Notes: generated from the sequence alone by a model not told the origin. 64,000 nucleotides of DNA from Alphaproteobacteria bacterium (GCA_964291215.2 OZ219791.1:3328001-3392000); one strand, 5' to 3'; numbered from the stretch's first letter, positions 44,969 to 57,719 are shown. Made by a program: numbers and translations.

Positions 44969-45789
44969 ATGCCACCGCCACGGCGGCAGCCGATCCGCCA
45001 AGACTGCTTGCGGTCGAACACCTGACGATGCGTTTCGGCGGACTGCTCGCGGTCGATGACGTATCTTTCGATGCCGCTGACGGAGAGATCACGGCAATAA
45101 TCGGACCGAACGGCGCGGGCAAGACGACGGTGTTCAATTGCCTGACCGGTTTCTATCGGCCGACCCAAGGCATGCTGACCCTCGAGACCGGGGGACAGAC
45201 GTTCCTGCTGGAGCGGATGGAGGGCTTCCGGATCGCGCAGCAGGCCCGGGTCGCCCGCACGTTTCAGAATATCCGCCTGTTTTCGGCCATGTCGGTGCTC
45301 GAGAATCTCGTGGTGGCGCAGCACAACGAACTGATGCGCGCATCCGGCTACACGGTGGCCGGTCTCTTCGGATTTCCGGGATACCGGCGTGCAGAACGCG
45401 TGGCGGTCGAACATGCCCGCTACTGGCTGGAAAAGGTCGGCCTCGTCGCGCATGCTGACATCGATGCCCGTGCACTGCCCTACGGCGACCAGCGCCGCCT
45501 CGAGATCGCCCGTGCAATGTGCGCCCGGCCGGTCCTGCTGTGTCTCGACGAGCCGGCGGCGGGACTGAATCCGCGCGAATCCGAACTGCTCAACAAACTC
45601 CTGCTGCAAATCCGGGCGGAGCAGAAGATCGGCATCCTGCTGATCGAGCACGACATGAGCGTCGTGATGGAAATCTCTGACCATATTGTTGTTCTCGATT
45701 ATGGACGGAAGATTTCCGACGGCACGCCCGCTGCGGTGAGGAGTGATCCCGCCGTCATTCGCGCCTATCTCGGGGCCGAGGAGGCCTGA
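44965..45789 (+). CDS. livG: Branched-chain amino acid ABC transporter ATPase
   Basis: [39 protein letters not shown]. Confidence 0.95.
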
Positions 45790-46505
45790 TGCTGTGCGTC
45801 TCCGGAGTTCACACGTTCTACGGCAACATCGAGGCGCTGCGGGGTGTCGATCTGGATGTTGCGGAAGGTGAGATCGTGACCCTGATCGGGGCCAACGGCG
45901 CGGGCAAGACGACGTTGCTGATGACGATCTGCGGCGCACCATCGGCATCGCGGGGATCGATCCGCTTCGAGGACCGCGAGCTGGTCGGCATGCCGACCCA
46001 TGAGATCGTCCGTCTCGGGATCGCCCAGTCGCCGGAGGGGCGGCGGATATTTCCGCACATGACGGTAATGGAAAACCTGCAGATGGGCGGAATAGGTACG
46101 GAAAAAGAGAACTTCTCTGAGGATATTGACAGGGTCGCCGGACTATTTCCCGTGCTTGCCGAGCGTTCGAATCAGCGTGGCGGAACCCTGTCGGGCGGGG
46201 AGCAGCAGATGCTGGCGATCGCCCGTGCGCTGATGAGCCGGCCGCGCCTGCTTCTGCTTGACGAACCGTCCCTCGGTCTTGCGCCCCTCATCGTTAGGCA
46301 GATCTTCGACGTCATTCGCGAGATCAACGAGCGGGACGGTATGACCGTCCTCCTGGTGGAGCAGAATGCGCACCATGCGCTGAGGCTCGCGCATCGCGGC
46401 TACGTGATGGTGAATGGCCGCATCACGCTGTCGGGCCGCGGCGAGGACCTGCTGGTGCGCCCGGAAGTTCGCGCCGCTTATCTCGAAGGAGCCGTGGCAC
46501 CATGA
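45789..46505 (+). CDS. livF: Branched-chain amino acid ABC transporter ATPase
   Basis: GANGAGKTT, PEGRRIF, LSGGEQQMLAI, LDEPSLGLAP. Confidence 0.95.
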   Translation: MLCVSGVHTFYGNIEALRGVDLDVAEGEIVTLIGANGAGKTTLLMTICGAPSASRGSIRFEDRELVGMPTHEIVRLGIAQSPEGRRIFPHMTVMENLQMGGIGTEKENFSEDIDRVAGLFPVLAERSNQRGGTLSGGEQQMLAIARALMSRPRLLLLDEPSLGLAPLIVRQIFDVIREINERDGMTVLLVEQNAHHALRLAHRGYVMVNGRITLSGRGEDLLVRPEVRAAYLEGAVAP

Positions 46506-46873
46506 TTCCCTATCTCGACGCGCCGCTGATCGGGTTTCTCAGCGTCACCGTCTTTCTCGGCTGCGGGGCATCCTGGATGATGGGCCAGGCCGTGGCCGCG
46601 ACATGGCGCCCGCTCTGGCAACTGGTCCTGTATGCCGCGATGCTCGGCCTCGTGGACCGGTTCATGAACTACGGGCTGTTCCAGGGCGAGCTTCTCTCCG
46701 CCAGCGGCTACCTACTTGATACGGGCCTGATCCTGATCGCGGCCCTGATCGCCTACCGCATAACTCGTGCGCGCATCATGGTACGGCAATATCCCTGGCT
46801 CTATGCCAGATCCGGTCTCTTCGGCTGGTGTGAGGTCGGGAAGGTGCCGGAAGATCCTGATTCCGGATCGTAA
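46502..46873 (+). CDS. Small membrane protein of alphaproteobacterial liv operons (DUF6867-like)
   Basis: GQAVAATWRP, RF..YGLF.GELLS, MVRQYPWLY; lies between livF and livK. Confidence 0.8.
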   Translation: MIPYLDAPLIGFLSVTVFLGCGASWMMGQAVAATWRPLWQLVLYAAMLGLVDRFMNYGLFQGELLSASGYLLDTGLILIAALIAYRITRARIMVRQYPWLYARSGLFGWCEVGKVPEDPDSGS

Positions 46874-46987
46874 TGGCTGCGCCGACGTCCGACCGGGAAT
46901 TACGGAAAGCGGCGACGGTCCCGAGAGGCCGCAAGGGCTGCTGCGGCTTGCGGCCAGGGCGGCGGGAAAATCGCCGGAGCGTGGATT

Positions 46988-47179
46988 CACGGTGATCCCA
47001 CGCTGCCAATACAGCGACGACTGGCGAGATTATTACAGTTTGCGTCGCGCTGCAATCGTGCCGCCAAGGCTCGATGGAGCCCTCTCGGCGCGAAAATTGC
47101 GATCGAGGAGGCGACCTGTGATGACGAGAGCCCAACGCATTCGGATTTCGCGTCTCCGAATTAGCATAGGATCGCCGTG
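46988..47179. repeat. MITE copy 4 (192 bp), between the DUF6867 gene and livK
   Basis: TIRs CACGGTGATCCCACGCTG / TAGCATAGGATCGCCGTG; only GATT is duplicated outside the TIRs. Confidence 0.88.
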
Positions 47180-47300
47180 GATTGGGCCTCGGTTGCTCGG
47201 GAAAGAAAAGCGAACTAGAGTTGGCCTCTGAAACCGCTGGATCTGGTGACGCGTGGCACGGGTGCGGCACGTTCTCCCGGCTCAAACGGAAGGAACCGTC

Positions 47301-48407
<1,107 letters not shown>

Positions 48408-48431
48408 TCGTTCCGGTGTGATTGCTGATGG

Positions 48432-48466
48432 AGCGGCCCGCCGCTATGCGGCGGGCCGCTTTCGTT
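48432..48466 (+). terminator. Rho-independent terminator of the liv operon
   Basis: 13-bp stem AGCGGCCCGCCGC-TAT-GCGGCGGGCCGCT followed by TTCGTT. Confidence 0.8.
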
Positions 48467-48835
48467 GTGTGCCGAGCGCATGACCGACAGCTTGGAACGG
48501 GCGCCGGTCGGCCGCGTCGCGGACCCAAGTGGTGAGCGAACGCCGCATTCGGGGCAGCTACCGGACTGCTAGCCCCGCGTCTCTCATTGAACAGCATTTG
48601 TCTTATGTCTTCGTGCGTCCAACGCTCAGATGCGACGAACCGGTCTACGAAGGGCAGAGCAACGGGCGGGCCAAGCCTGCCAAGGCGTACGGGCCCGTTG
48701 TCGATGAGGTGGTTGCCGTCGTCGAACTCGCGCGGCCATACGCTGCGGGAGTCCTGCCGAGAGGTCGCATTTCTTGGCCAACGGCTAGCCTGTCATGGAA
48801 GAGAAGCCGACCGCCGCGCCAGCGACGGGGCAGTC

Positions 48836-49058
48836 ATGAACGACGAACTGATAGACAGGAATCCAGACATTCTGGGTGGCACGCTGGTGTTCGCCCGCAC
48901 GAGGGTTCCGGTGCGCATACTCATCGAGTATCTGGAAGCGGGTGATCGGCTCGACGACTTCCTTGAGGACTTGCTTCGGGTCCCGGGATCAAGCCGTCTC
49001 GGTGCTGGAAAAAGCGAGGCTGATTCTCGCCGGCGAGCAGGATGAGGCTGCTGCTTGA
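48836..49058 (+). pseudogene. DUF433 antitoxin, frameshifted
   Basis: IDRNPDILGGT.VF..TRVPV..L.EYLEAG..LDDFLED; C-terminus SRDQAVSVLE in another frame. Confidence 0.75.
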
Positions 49059-49370
49059 CGAGTCCGTACCCCGGGCTCTACGGATGTCCCTTCCTGCCGC
49101 CTGCAAGGTTCGAACCGTCCCTCAGATGGGATGGGCGGCACCGGAAACGGCACCCTTCTCGGTCTCGGTACGGATAGCGGATTCGATGCGCTGCTCACCG
49201 CAGACCGTGGATTCGCGCGTCCGCAGAGCTTGGACAAGCTGCCGCTTCCGATCGTCATCTTGCTTGCTGAAAGCAACCGGCCGGATGATCTGCGACCGCT
49301 TGTCCCCAAGGTGACATGCGTCCTGTCCGGCATGCTGCAAAGGCGCGTCTATCACGTCTCGACCGAGACT
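49042..49370 (+). pseudogene. DUF5615 PIN-like toxin, frameshifted
   Basis: MRLLLDESVPR..TV.QMGW / G..NG.LL...FDALLTADR. Confidence 0.7.
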
Positions 49371-49373
49371 CTG

Positions 49374-50380
49374 ATGGCGGATTGTGCGCCGCCTGCCAGC
49401 CCGCGGACCGTGCGGCCGCGCCTCTGCAGCCCACCGGCGAATATAGAGAGGCTCGCCGAACTGGTTGCGCAAGCCGCGAACCCGATGGTGCTCACTGAAG
49501 CCGCGGGGCGCGAGACCGAAACCTGCGAGGCGTTGGTCGCCTTGGCCGAACGCGCGACGCTGCCCGTAGTCGAACGTTCAACGATGTTGTTCCCCTATTT
49601 TCCGAAGAATCACCCGCTGCATCAGGGTCCGGATCTCGACGCGTTGGGGAACGACGCCGATCTCGTGATCCTGATGCGCACCAGGGTGCCATGGTATCCG
49701 CCGAGCGCCGCTCCGCCCGGGGCAGTGATCGTTGTCTTCGACGAAAAGCCGCATCGGGATTCGATGGTCTATCAGAGCCTCCAGACGGACATATATCCCG
49801 AGGACAATGTCGCGCAGACGCTGTGCGATCTTGCCGATGCTCTCGACCGGGTCGGCCTCGACGACGCGGCGGTCGCGTATCGTCGGTCGCGCCTTGCGCG
49901 GATCCACGCGGACCATGGGGCGGCCCGGATCTAGGCAGCCACCAGTAAGGAGCCGATCCGCCAGGTCGGGCTCGGGGGCAGGGTATCGGGTTGTCGCTCG
50001 GGATCCGGCTCGCGAGGCCGGACGTGCCTGTTGTGACGCTGATCGGCGACGGCGCCTTCCTTATATAACCCCGTTCTCCAGAGTCTCGGCGCGGAGCGGG
50101 ACTACGGGCTCCCGACGATTTCCGTGATCTTCAACAACCGCAGGTACGCATTGATGCAGAATATGCATCGGAAACTCTATCCGGACGGCCCAGCCGTCGG
50201 CGCCGACACCTATTACGGCACCCACATCAATGCACCGGATTTCGTCAAAATTGCCGAGGCGTTCGGTGCCCATGGCGAACAGGTCGGCGATCCCGCCATG
50301 CTTGACGACGCGATCAGGCGCGGCTTGGAAGCTGCCAATGGAGGCCGGTCGGCCATCTTCGACGTCTGGTTTCCTAGAAT
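49374..50380 (+). pseudogene. Thiamine-pyrophosphate-binding enzyme fragments
   Basis: Central domain AANPMVLTEAAGR; TPP motif LIGDGAFLYNP..IFNN; N-terminus missing, internal stop and deletion. Confidence 0.7.
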
Positions 50381-50542
50381 GTCTCAAATCCCGCCCGGAA
50401 CCCGCCAGGCAGACGGCGCACAACCGATGGTCTATCCAGTGATCAGGCGCTATGCTCGGAGTCTCCGTGTGGATGTGCATGGTCTTCCGTGAATACAGCC
50501 ATGCGAATCGAAACCGTTTCAGAACCAGTTCCGGAGGAAGGG

Positions 50543-51319
50543 ATGCCGCGCCGCCTGATTGACATTTCCGTTCCCCTCGAGGTCGGTATCCGGTCCGATC
50601 CCGACTTCATGCTGCCGAAGATTGTCTACCACGCGCATGATGAAACGGCGAAGGATATCTGCGCCCTATTTCCGGGCCTCGAACCCGAACAGCTTCCCGA
50701 CGGCAAGGGGTGGGCTATCGAGGACATTGAGCTCACGACACATAACGGCACCCATGTCGACGCGCCGTGGCACTATCATCCGACGATGGATGGCGGCGAC
50801 CGTGCGATTACCATCGATGAGATTCCGCTCGAATGGTGCTACCAGCCCGGCGTCAAGTTCGATTTCCGGCATTTCGATGACGGCTACCTAGTGACGCCCG
50901 CCGACATGGAAAGGGAGCTTGGGCGCATCGGCCACGATCTGCAGCCGCTCAATATCGTCATCGTAAACACGTCTGCCGGGGAGCGTTACGGGAAGGACGA
51001 TTACCTCGAGAAAGGGTGCGGATTTGGCCGTGAAGCGACGCTGTGGCTGACCGAACGCGGCGTGCGGGTCGTCGGCACTGATGCGTGGACTTGGGACGCT
51101 CCGTTTCCGCAGACGCACGAAAGATGGAAGGAAACGCGCGATCCCTCGATCATCTGGGAGGGCCACAAGGCCGGTCGCGACCGGGGGTATTGCCAGATCG
51201 AGAAAATGGGCAATCTCGACAGGTTGCCGCCGACCGGTTTCGATGTAATCTGTTTTCCGACCAAGATCAAGGGCGCGTCGGGAGGCTGGACCCGCGCCGT
51301 TGCCGTGGTAGAGGAATAG
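50543..51319 (+). CDS. Cyclase family protein (kynurenine formamidase-like)
   Basis: LIDISVPL, THNGTHVDAPWH, GTDAWTWD, QIEKM.NL, GASGGWTRAVA. Confidence 0.9.
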   Translation: MPRRLIDISVPLEVGIRSDPDFMLPKIVYHAHDETAKDICALFPGLEPEQLPDGKGWAIEDIELTTHNGTHVDAPWHYHPTMDGGDRAITIDEIPLEWCYQPGVKFDFRHFDDGYLVTPADMERELGRIGHDLQPLNIVIVNTSAGERYGKDDYLEKGCGFGREATLWLTERGVRVVGTDAWTWDAPFPQTHERWKETRDPSIIWEGHKAGRDRGYCQIEKMGNLDRLPPTGFDVICFPTKIKGASGGWTRAVAVVEE

Positions 51320-51449
51320 CGCACGGCAGGCGCTGCGGTTGTTTCAAGTTCGCCCGCGGTGTCGCGGGTGCACCCGATATATTGGTTGCGGATCTGGCTG
51401 GCGATGACAACCTGTATTCTGGCATAGTGCCGGGTTTCGGGAGGCGGAG

Positions 51450-52220
51450 ATGAGCGCATTGTTGGCGGAGCATCGGGCGGCGGTTACGGGAGGCGGTTCC
51501 GGAATCGGCCGCGCGATCGCGATGGGATATGCGGAAGAGGGTGCAGAAGTGACCATTCTCGACGCGAATCCCGAGGCGGCAACACGGGTCTGTGACGAGA
51601 TCGCGGCAGCCGGTGGCCAGGCGCGCTCGTTCGAACTTGATGTACGCGACCGCAACGCATGCGTCGCCATCGCCGGGAAGATTGCCAGCGAGTTCGGTGA
51701 TATTACCGTCCTGGTGAACAATGCCGGAATCAACCGGCGTACCCCGTTTGCCGGCGATGAAGACGCGGTTCGGAAAGACTGGGATGACATCATCTCGGTC
51801 AACCTGGACGGTATGTTTAATGTCACGCATGCTTTCGTTGACCAGCTTCGGGCGACTGGGGGACGCGTGGTTAACATCGCTTCGGTCCAGTCCTTCGTCC
51901 ACATGCGCACCCCCAACTCGCTCGCCTACACGACATCCAAACACGGCGTGCTGGGATTCACACGGGCCCTAGCCGCAGAACTGGGCAGGGACGGGGTGCG
52001 GGTGAATGCGATCGGGCCGGGGCTGGTGGAAACGCCGCTGAACGCGGAAGCGCGGGCCAGGAATCCCGATCTGGTGAGGATGATCCTTGAACACACCCCC
52101 CTGCGGCGCACCGGCCAGCCCGAGGACATCGTCGGGCCAGCGGTCTTCCTTGCTTCGGATCTGTCGCGATACGTCACCGGCGACATCATCATGGCTGACG
52201 GCGGCTACAAGACGATCTGA
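51450..52220 (+). CDS. SDR family oxidoreductase
   Basis: TGGGSGIG, NNAG, YTTSK, VNAIGPG, DGG. Confidence 0.92.
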   Translation: MSALLAEHRAAVTGGGSGIGRAIAMGYAEEGAEVTILDANPEAATRVCDEIAAAGGQARSFELDVRDRNACVAIAGKIASEFGDITVLVNNAGINRRTPFAGDEDAVRKDWDDIISVNLDGMFNVTHAFVDQLRATGGRVVNIASVQSFVHMRTPNSLAYTTSKHGVLGFTRALAAELGRDGVRVNAIGPGLVETPLNAEARARNPDLVRMILEHTPLRRTGQPEDIVGPAVFLASDLSRYVTGDIIMADGGYKTI

Positions 52221-52232
52221 GAACTTGCCGAG

Positions 52233-53207
52233 ATGACGTCCTGCAGGCTGAGCATTGCGCTGGAGCGCTACGACAGGCACGTTCCGTTCTTCATGGGTCT
52301 GGTTGCGACGCCACCGGACATCGAGCTGGAGGCGCTAGAGGTCGGCATGGTGCCGCCCCGGCGTGACGGTGTTGATCGCCATCGACGCATGCTGGCCGAC
52401 TGCGAGTTCGATATCGCCGAGGTCTCCCTGGCTTCCTACATCATGGCGCGGCGCCGAGGTGTTCCGCTGACAGCGGTTCCGTGCTTTCCGAGACGCCTGT
52501 TCAGCCAGAACCACATCTTCGTCAACGCGGACTCGGGCATCGCGAGGCCAACCGACCTGATCGGCCGCAGGGTCGCCATATGGGCCTTTCAGGTGACCAT
52601 GTCGGTGCTTGCCAAGGGCGACCTCCAGACGGAGTACGGGGTGCCGTGGCGCGAGGTGACGTGGCTAACCGAGCGGGACGAGGAAGTTGCTTGGACCGGG
52701 ACTGGCGGCAACATCGAGCGGATACTGGCGGGCCAGAACGGCGTCGAGATGGTGCTGACAGGCGCGGCGGATGCCTACATCAATCCGCATCCGCCGGAAG
52801 AAATCTTCGCCGATGGCCGGGTGAGGCGGCTGTTTGCCGACCCGAAGGGAGAATGCCTGCGCTACTGGCGGAAGCACGGCTACTATCCGATCATGCACTT
52901 GCTGGCGATCAGGGAGGGGACTGTTGCGGATTGCCCGGATCTGCCGCGGCAGCTGGTCGAGATGTGGGACAATGCGCGCGAGCAGGCGTGCGAGTTCTAT
53001 GTCGACCATGATTACACAGTGCTGCCCTTCGGAAGATACGCCTTCGAGAGTGACCGGAATGCATTCGAGGGCGAGTTGTGGCGGTCCGGGCTGGCCGCGA
53101 ACCGCGACAATCTCGACAGGTTCATCGGCTACATGGTCGACCAAGAGCTACTTGACGCACCGATCTCCCCGGAGTCGCTATTTCACGAGAGCGTCCTTGA
53201 CACGTAG
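52233..53207 (+). CDS. 4,5-dihydroxyphthalate decarboxylase-like protein (periplasmic-binding fold)
   Basis: ERYDR, EFDIAEVSLASY, PCFPRRLF, YPIMHLLAIR, G..AN...L..F..Y...Q. Confidence 0.7.
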   Translation: MTSCRLSIALERYDRHVPFFMGLVATPPDIELEALEVGMVPPRRDGVDRHRRMLADCEFDIAEVSLASYIMARRRGVPLTAVPCFPRRLFSQNHIFVNADSGIARPTDLIGRRVAIWAFQVTMSVLAKGDLQTEYGVPWREVTWLTERDEEVAWTGTGGNIERILAGQNGVEMVLTGAADAYINPHPPEEIFADGRVRRLFADPKGECLRYWRKHGYYPIMHLLAIREGTVADCPDLPRQLVEMWDNAREQACEFYVDHDYTVLPFGRYAFESDRNAFEGELWRSGLAANRDNLDRFIGYMVDQELLDAPISPESLFHESVLDT

Positions 53208-53472
53208 CGCCGGGAGCGCCTGCGTCGTTGCTGGATCCCGGGCGCTCAGGCTGCGGCGCTGCCTGTCCGTTGCCGGTTCCGGAGCAGGACATGCAGTGAG
53301 GGGCTTCGAACGGCAAACGGGACGGCGCAATTTCCTTGAGCCGGGGCTGCGGAGTCCGGCCGCTTGACTGGGGCCTTGCGCCGTTCATATTGCTGCCGTC
53401 GCTGGGAATTGTCGGCGCACGCCGCCCGATCCCGGATCGAAGAGACGGTAGGAGACAGGAAGGAAACCGACA

Positions 53473-54411
53473 ATGGCCAAGGACGGAAAAGTCATCATCA
53501 CCTGTGCGGTCACGGGATCGATCCATACGCCGACCATGTCGCCGCACCTGCCGATCACGCCGGATGAAATCGCGACAGACGCCGTCGCCGCGGCCGAGGC
53601 CGGGGCCTCGATCTTGCATCTTCACGCCAGGGATCCAAATGACGGTCGGCCGACGCCGGATCCGGCAGTGTTTATGGAATTCCTGCCGCGCATCAAGCAG
53701 CAGACGGATGCCGTGGTCAATATCACCACCGGCGGCGGTCACGGAATGACCCTCGAAGAACGTTGCGCGGCGGCCCTGCATGCCAGCCCCGAGATGACGT
53801 CGCTCAATATGGGCTCGATGAATTTCGGGCTGTTTCCCATCCTTGAAAAGAACATGGCTTGGAAGCATGACTGGGAGCCCGCCTATCTGGAGATGACACG
53901 GGATTTCATATTTAGAAATACTTTCAAAGATATAGAATGGGTTCTCAAAGAATTGGGAGAAAATCACGGGGTGCGCTTCGAGTATGAATGCTACGACATG
54001 GGCCACCTCTACAATCTGGCGCACTTCCTTGATCGCGGAATGATCCAGCCGCCTGTCTTTGTCCAGACTATCTTCGGCATTCTGGGTGGCATAGGCGCGG
54101 ACATCGAGAATCTCGCCCACATGCGGCGGATCGCCAACAAGCTGTTTGGCGAGGAAAACTACGAATGGTCGATCCTCGCCGCCGGCCGCCACCAGATGAA
54201 CTTTGTGACGACGGGTGCGATCATGGGCGGGAATATCCGCGTGGGGCTGGAGGACTCGCTCTATCTGGGCAAGGGACAACTGGCGGAGAGCAATGCCGAC
54301 CAGGTCTCCAAGATTCGCCGCATCATCGAGGACCTCTCGCTCGAAGTTGCGACCCCCACCGAGGCTCGCGAACGCCTGCGGCTGAAGGGCGGTGACCTCG
54401 TCAAGTTCTGA
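53473..54411 (+). CDS. Beta-keto acid cleavage enzyme (BKACE/DUF849)
   Basis: KVIITCAVTGSIHTPTMSP, ILHLHAR, SLNMGSMNF, ECYD.GH, RVGLED. Confidence 0.92.
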   Translation: MAKDGKVIITCAVTGSIHTPTMSPHLPITPDEIATDAVAAAEAGASILHLHARDPNDGRPTPDPAVFMEFLPRIKQQTDAVVNITTGGGHGMTLEERCAAALHASPEMTSLNMGSMNFGLFPILEKNMAWKHDWEPAYLEMTRDFIFRNTFKDIEWVLKELGENHGVRFEYECYDMGHLYNLAHFLDRGMIQPPVFVQTIFGILGGIGADIENLAHMRRIANKLFGEENYEWSILAAGRHQMNFVTTGAIMGGNIRVGLEDSLYLGKGQLAESNADQVSKIRRIIEDLSLEVATPTEARERLRLKGGDLVKF

Positions 54412-54826
54412 CCGGGAAAGCCAGCGAGGGGCTGTTCGGCTTGCCATTGACAGAGAGCGGACAGCCTGCAGACTATGAGGACGCCCGTTGCAGGTTCTCC
54501 CCGGATTTCGCAGTGGGCGGCACCGGCATCCTCGCTGATCTGAAACGGTGTTTCCGGTTTCCCATGTCGGTCTTTGCGTTGTTCCGTGCGCGAGGATGCC
54601 GAGCCGGTTCCACGGGAGAGTAAGCTGCAACTATCTGGCGGATGCACGCGATTCCGGAAGCTGTTTTCCTGCAGTTCGAGCAGCGCGACCAGGAGCGTGT
54701 CCGCCCGGTTGCGATGGTTCGCCACGACCTTTCGATGTCCGGCCCCTCCTGTCGGGTTTGCGCTATGGTCCCGTCCTCCGGACGCGGGCAATTACGTCGG
54801 AAGGTGTCCGAATCCACCCGCCCGGA

Positions 54827-55129
54827 TCAGCTCTCGCGTATTGAGAAGGCGTGATTTTTGCGTGCGGCGTCGAGCCCTGTCTCCGTGCGGGCCTCGATGC
54901 GGTAGAGCGGCGTGTCCGGCTCGACCCGGGCCCCGCGGCGCACCAGCAGATCCAGTCCTGCGCTCTTATCCGAGGGAGCGCCAGCAGCGTGGGCGATGCC
55001 GGCGAGCCTGAAACAGTCGCTGGAGTCGACAACTCCATGGGTTTCCGCGGGAATCTCGCACACGTGGGACGCGTTCGGCACGTCTTCCGGCGGCGGCCCC
55101 TGCGCCGCTGCCATTTGTGCAAACGTTTC
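54827..55129 (-). pseudogene. Thymidine/AMP phosphorylase C-terminal fragment truncated by IS630
   Basis: AQG, D..RLAGIA..AGAP.DK.AGLDL...G..VE...PLYRI. Confidence 0.65.
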
Positions 55130-55786
55130 CTAGCAGGGTGACATTATTGGATTGAAGGGTATAGTGACTTCAGTTTCGTCCGAGCATCCTTCGTCGTGAA
55201 ACGCCAGTCGACGGTGACATCGGCCGCATTGCACCGTTCCACCCATGCTGCCGTCTCCCGCCGCATGGTGTCTCTGTCGGGAATGCGTCGCCGAAGGCAC
55301 TGCTGCGACAACGCACCGATCTCGGCCATGTTGAGCCAGCTTCCGTGCTTCGGCGTGTAGCGAAACTCGAACCGCTTTCGCACCCGCCTCCTCGGGCTCG
55401 AAGGCTTCATACAGCGACTGTGTGTGTTCAGATTGTCCAGCACGATCTTCCTGTCGGGGAAATGGTCGTCGGCAAGCTCCCGGATGAAGTGCGCCCGGTC
55501 CCGCGGCGGTCGGTGACTTTCACCATGCGCCAGTTCTCGTTGGGCGCGAAGGCCATGAAGAGGTTGGCCGTGCCGTTGCACTCATATTCATAGTCGGCCA
55601 CCTCCGGCTGACCGGGGGATGCGGGTTTCCTTCGTCTGCTACCGGCTGGTCTCGCACCAGCACCTCGTCCCCGGCAAAATCCCGCTGATAAATGTCAAGC
55701 ACGTCCGCCGCCACGAACTGTGCGCTCCGGTGCGGTGGAATGCAGCACCAGTACTGCTTCAGCCACGGCTTGGTCTCTTTTTTTAG
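55130..55786 (-). mobile_element. IS630-family element 3' part
   Basis: Same transposase as 10500-11106 (DNLNTH, YTPKHGSWLNMAEI); ends at CTAG 55130-55133. Confidence 0.82.
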
Positions 55787-57468
55787 CCCGAAGTTCCAGA
55801 GATGATCAGACCTAAGTATCTGATAGAAATGACATTCGATACATTTCAGCGGTCTCGGTACACTATGGCTTCACGCCCAGGAGCTTGAATGCCCTTCTCT
55901 GGAGCGGCGTGGGCCGTGTGGTGACCGGGAAGGGTTCGGCGCCCGCAAGGCGGGGCGCCACGGTGTTGCGGGTCGCAAGATCGCCGATGAGGGTGCGGAA
56001 GCTGTGCCCCCTCCGGGCGTCCTCTTCGTTGTCGCCTTGGCCCGAGCGCTCGCCGAGACTTCTGCCGGCGCCACGACGGACGGCCGCCTTCGGCATCCTC
56101 GTCGTCGAACAGCATGGGCTTCAGTCGCATGTGCCATGTAGTAGGCGAGCATGCACAGGAAGATGTGGGCCCGGGGCGGTGGTAGACGGGACGGACCTTC
56201 AGGTCCTTGAGGCTGCGGAAGGCCCGTTCCACGGAGCTCAGCCGCTTGTAGGCGCGCGGGACCGTCGAGCTCGCTCTGCGGCAGGCGGACCACGTAGAGG
56301 AGCCTCGGCAGCGATCGCAGCCTCATCGCGCCCATAGGTGAAGACACCGTCATCGTCGATGGACCACGTGAAGTGCTTCGCCATCCTGCCGATGACCTTC
56401 CGCTCCCCGATCTTCCCGGCGCTTGTCGCGCCGTGTCGCTGCGGCAATCGGTGCGAGCCTCGGTGGCCTCGAGCAGTTCCTGGCGCTTGCGAGCCCGATC
56501 CAGCAGGGGGTTGCGGCAGAGGCGTTCGCCGGGATACACATCGCTGGTGATCTCCACCAGGTCTCTCTCGTCGAAGAGCGACATCGTCGCCGGCCTCCAC
56601 CAGTGAACGGATGCCCCTCAAGGCGCTGGCCCGCAGGCTTGACCTCCTCGCGGGCCTCGGTCCCCCACCACCTTCGCAAAGGAGAACCGCTCCCGCAGCG
56701 TGGCGATCTGTGAGGACACCGTGGCCGGGTGTTGCCGGGGAACACTCGCACCGACACCCGTCCCGGTCGCACAGAAGGCCAAACTCGATCTGCAGCTTGC
56801 CCTTCTTGCCATCCCGGGAATGACCCCGTTGGGCCAAAGGGCATGCTCTCCCCTCCATCCACACGGAAGTCAGGAGCACCAAGCAGCCCTCTTCGAGGTG
56901 CCGCCAGGGGATCCTCTCCTGACGTTCCAGGAGCCGTAGAGGGCATTCTCGTCCAACTCCGCATCTCACCCAAGGTGCTGACCGCTGTCGCCAGCCCCCT
57001 GGCCAGCTTCGAGGCGGGCTCAAGGATGCGTGCCACGATCATGGCGAGAACCTGATCGCGCTCGGGAGAAGGCTTCGGGTCGATCCGCCGGTCCAGTTTC
57101 TTCAGGGTTCCCAGCACCGCGGCGACATGGGGAAGAGAGCGGACGAGGCGTCGTTGAGACCTGCGGTTCCTCCCTTGAGCAGAATGCGCAATCCCTCGAT
57201 GAGAGCGGGCTTGGAAAGGTTGGCGAGGGTGCGCTTCTTGACCGTTCCGGCTTCGCGACAGGACTCGCGGAGCAGGATGGCGGGCGGGGACGAGCGGTTG
57301 GGGATGGATTCGATATACATGGCTACTGAATATGGGCGGAAAATCCATGGATGTCAAGCATCTAACACAATATTACATGGGTACAATATGACGCACGAAA
57401 AATCCGATAAACCACGCTGCATCAATGACTTGACGTGCATTTCAACCGGAATTTTTTGGAACTTCGGG
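55787..57468 (-). mobile_element. IS1634-family element, transposase frameshifted
   Basis: TIR CCCGAAGTTCCA at both ends with TTAG flanks; MYIESIPNRSSPPAILLRES..RTLANLS, GHSRDGK, VERAFRSLK, AHIFLCMLAY. Confidence 0.88.
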
Positions 57469-57719
57469 TTAGCGCCGCGGATGCGCTTGCCGTCGGCGGC
57501 AAGCGCTCGGGCGAGCCGGCGCCCGCGGCCGAGCACATCCTCGAGCGCCTCGGGGTCGATCGACTGCCCGGTGGAGGGTCGCCTTGGAGGGCGGCTCGCG
57601 CAGCTCCGTCCTTATATGACTAGGTTTTGTCCCCTTGATGATGAAATCATCCACAGCAGTTGGGGGCGGGAAAATGTGGATAACCTCGACTATGGGAGAG
57701 CTATGGTTGCAAAGAGATT

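Noticed and set aside
48529-48830. ORFs between the liv terminator and the DUF433 gene
   Set aside because: No recognisable family, RBS or motif; probably decayed or non-coding DNA.
54473-54817. Possible NuoE/HoxE-like N-terminal fragment (VVANHRNRADTLLVALLELQE)
   Set aside because: Only a short motif-like stretch, with no Fe-S cysteine pattern and no intact frame.
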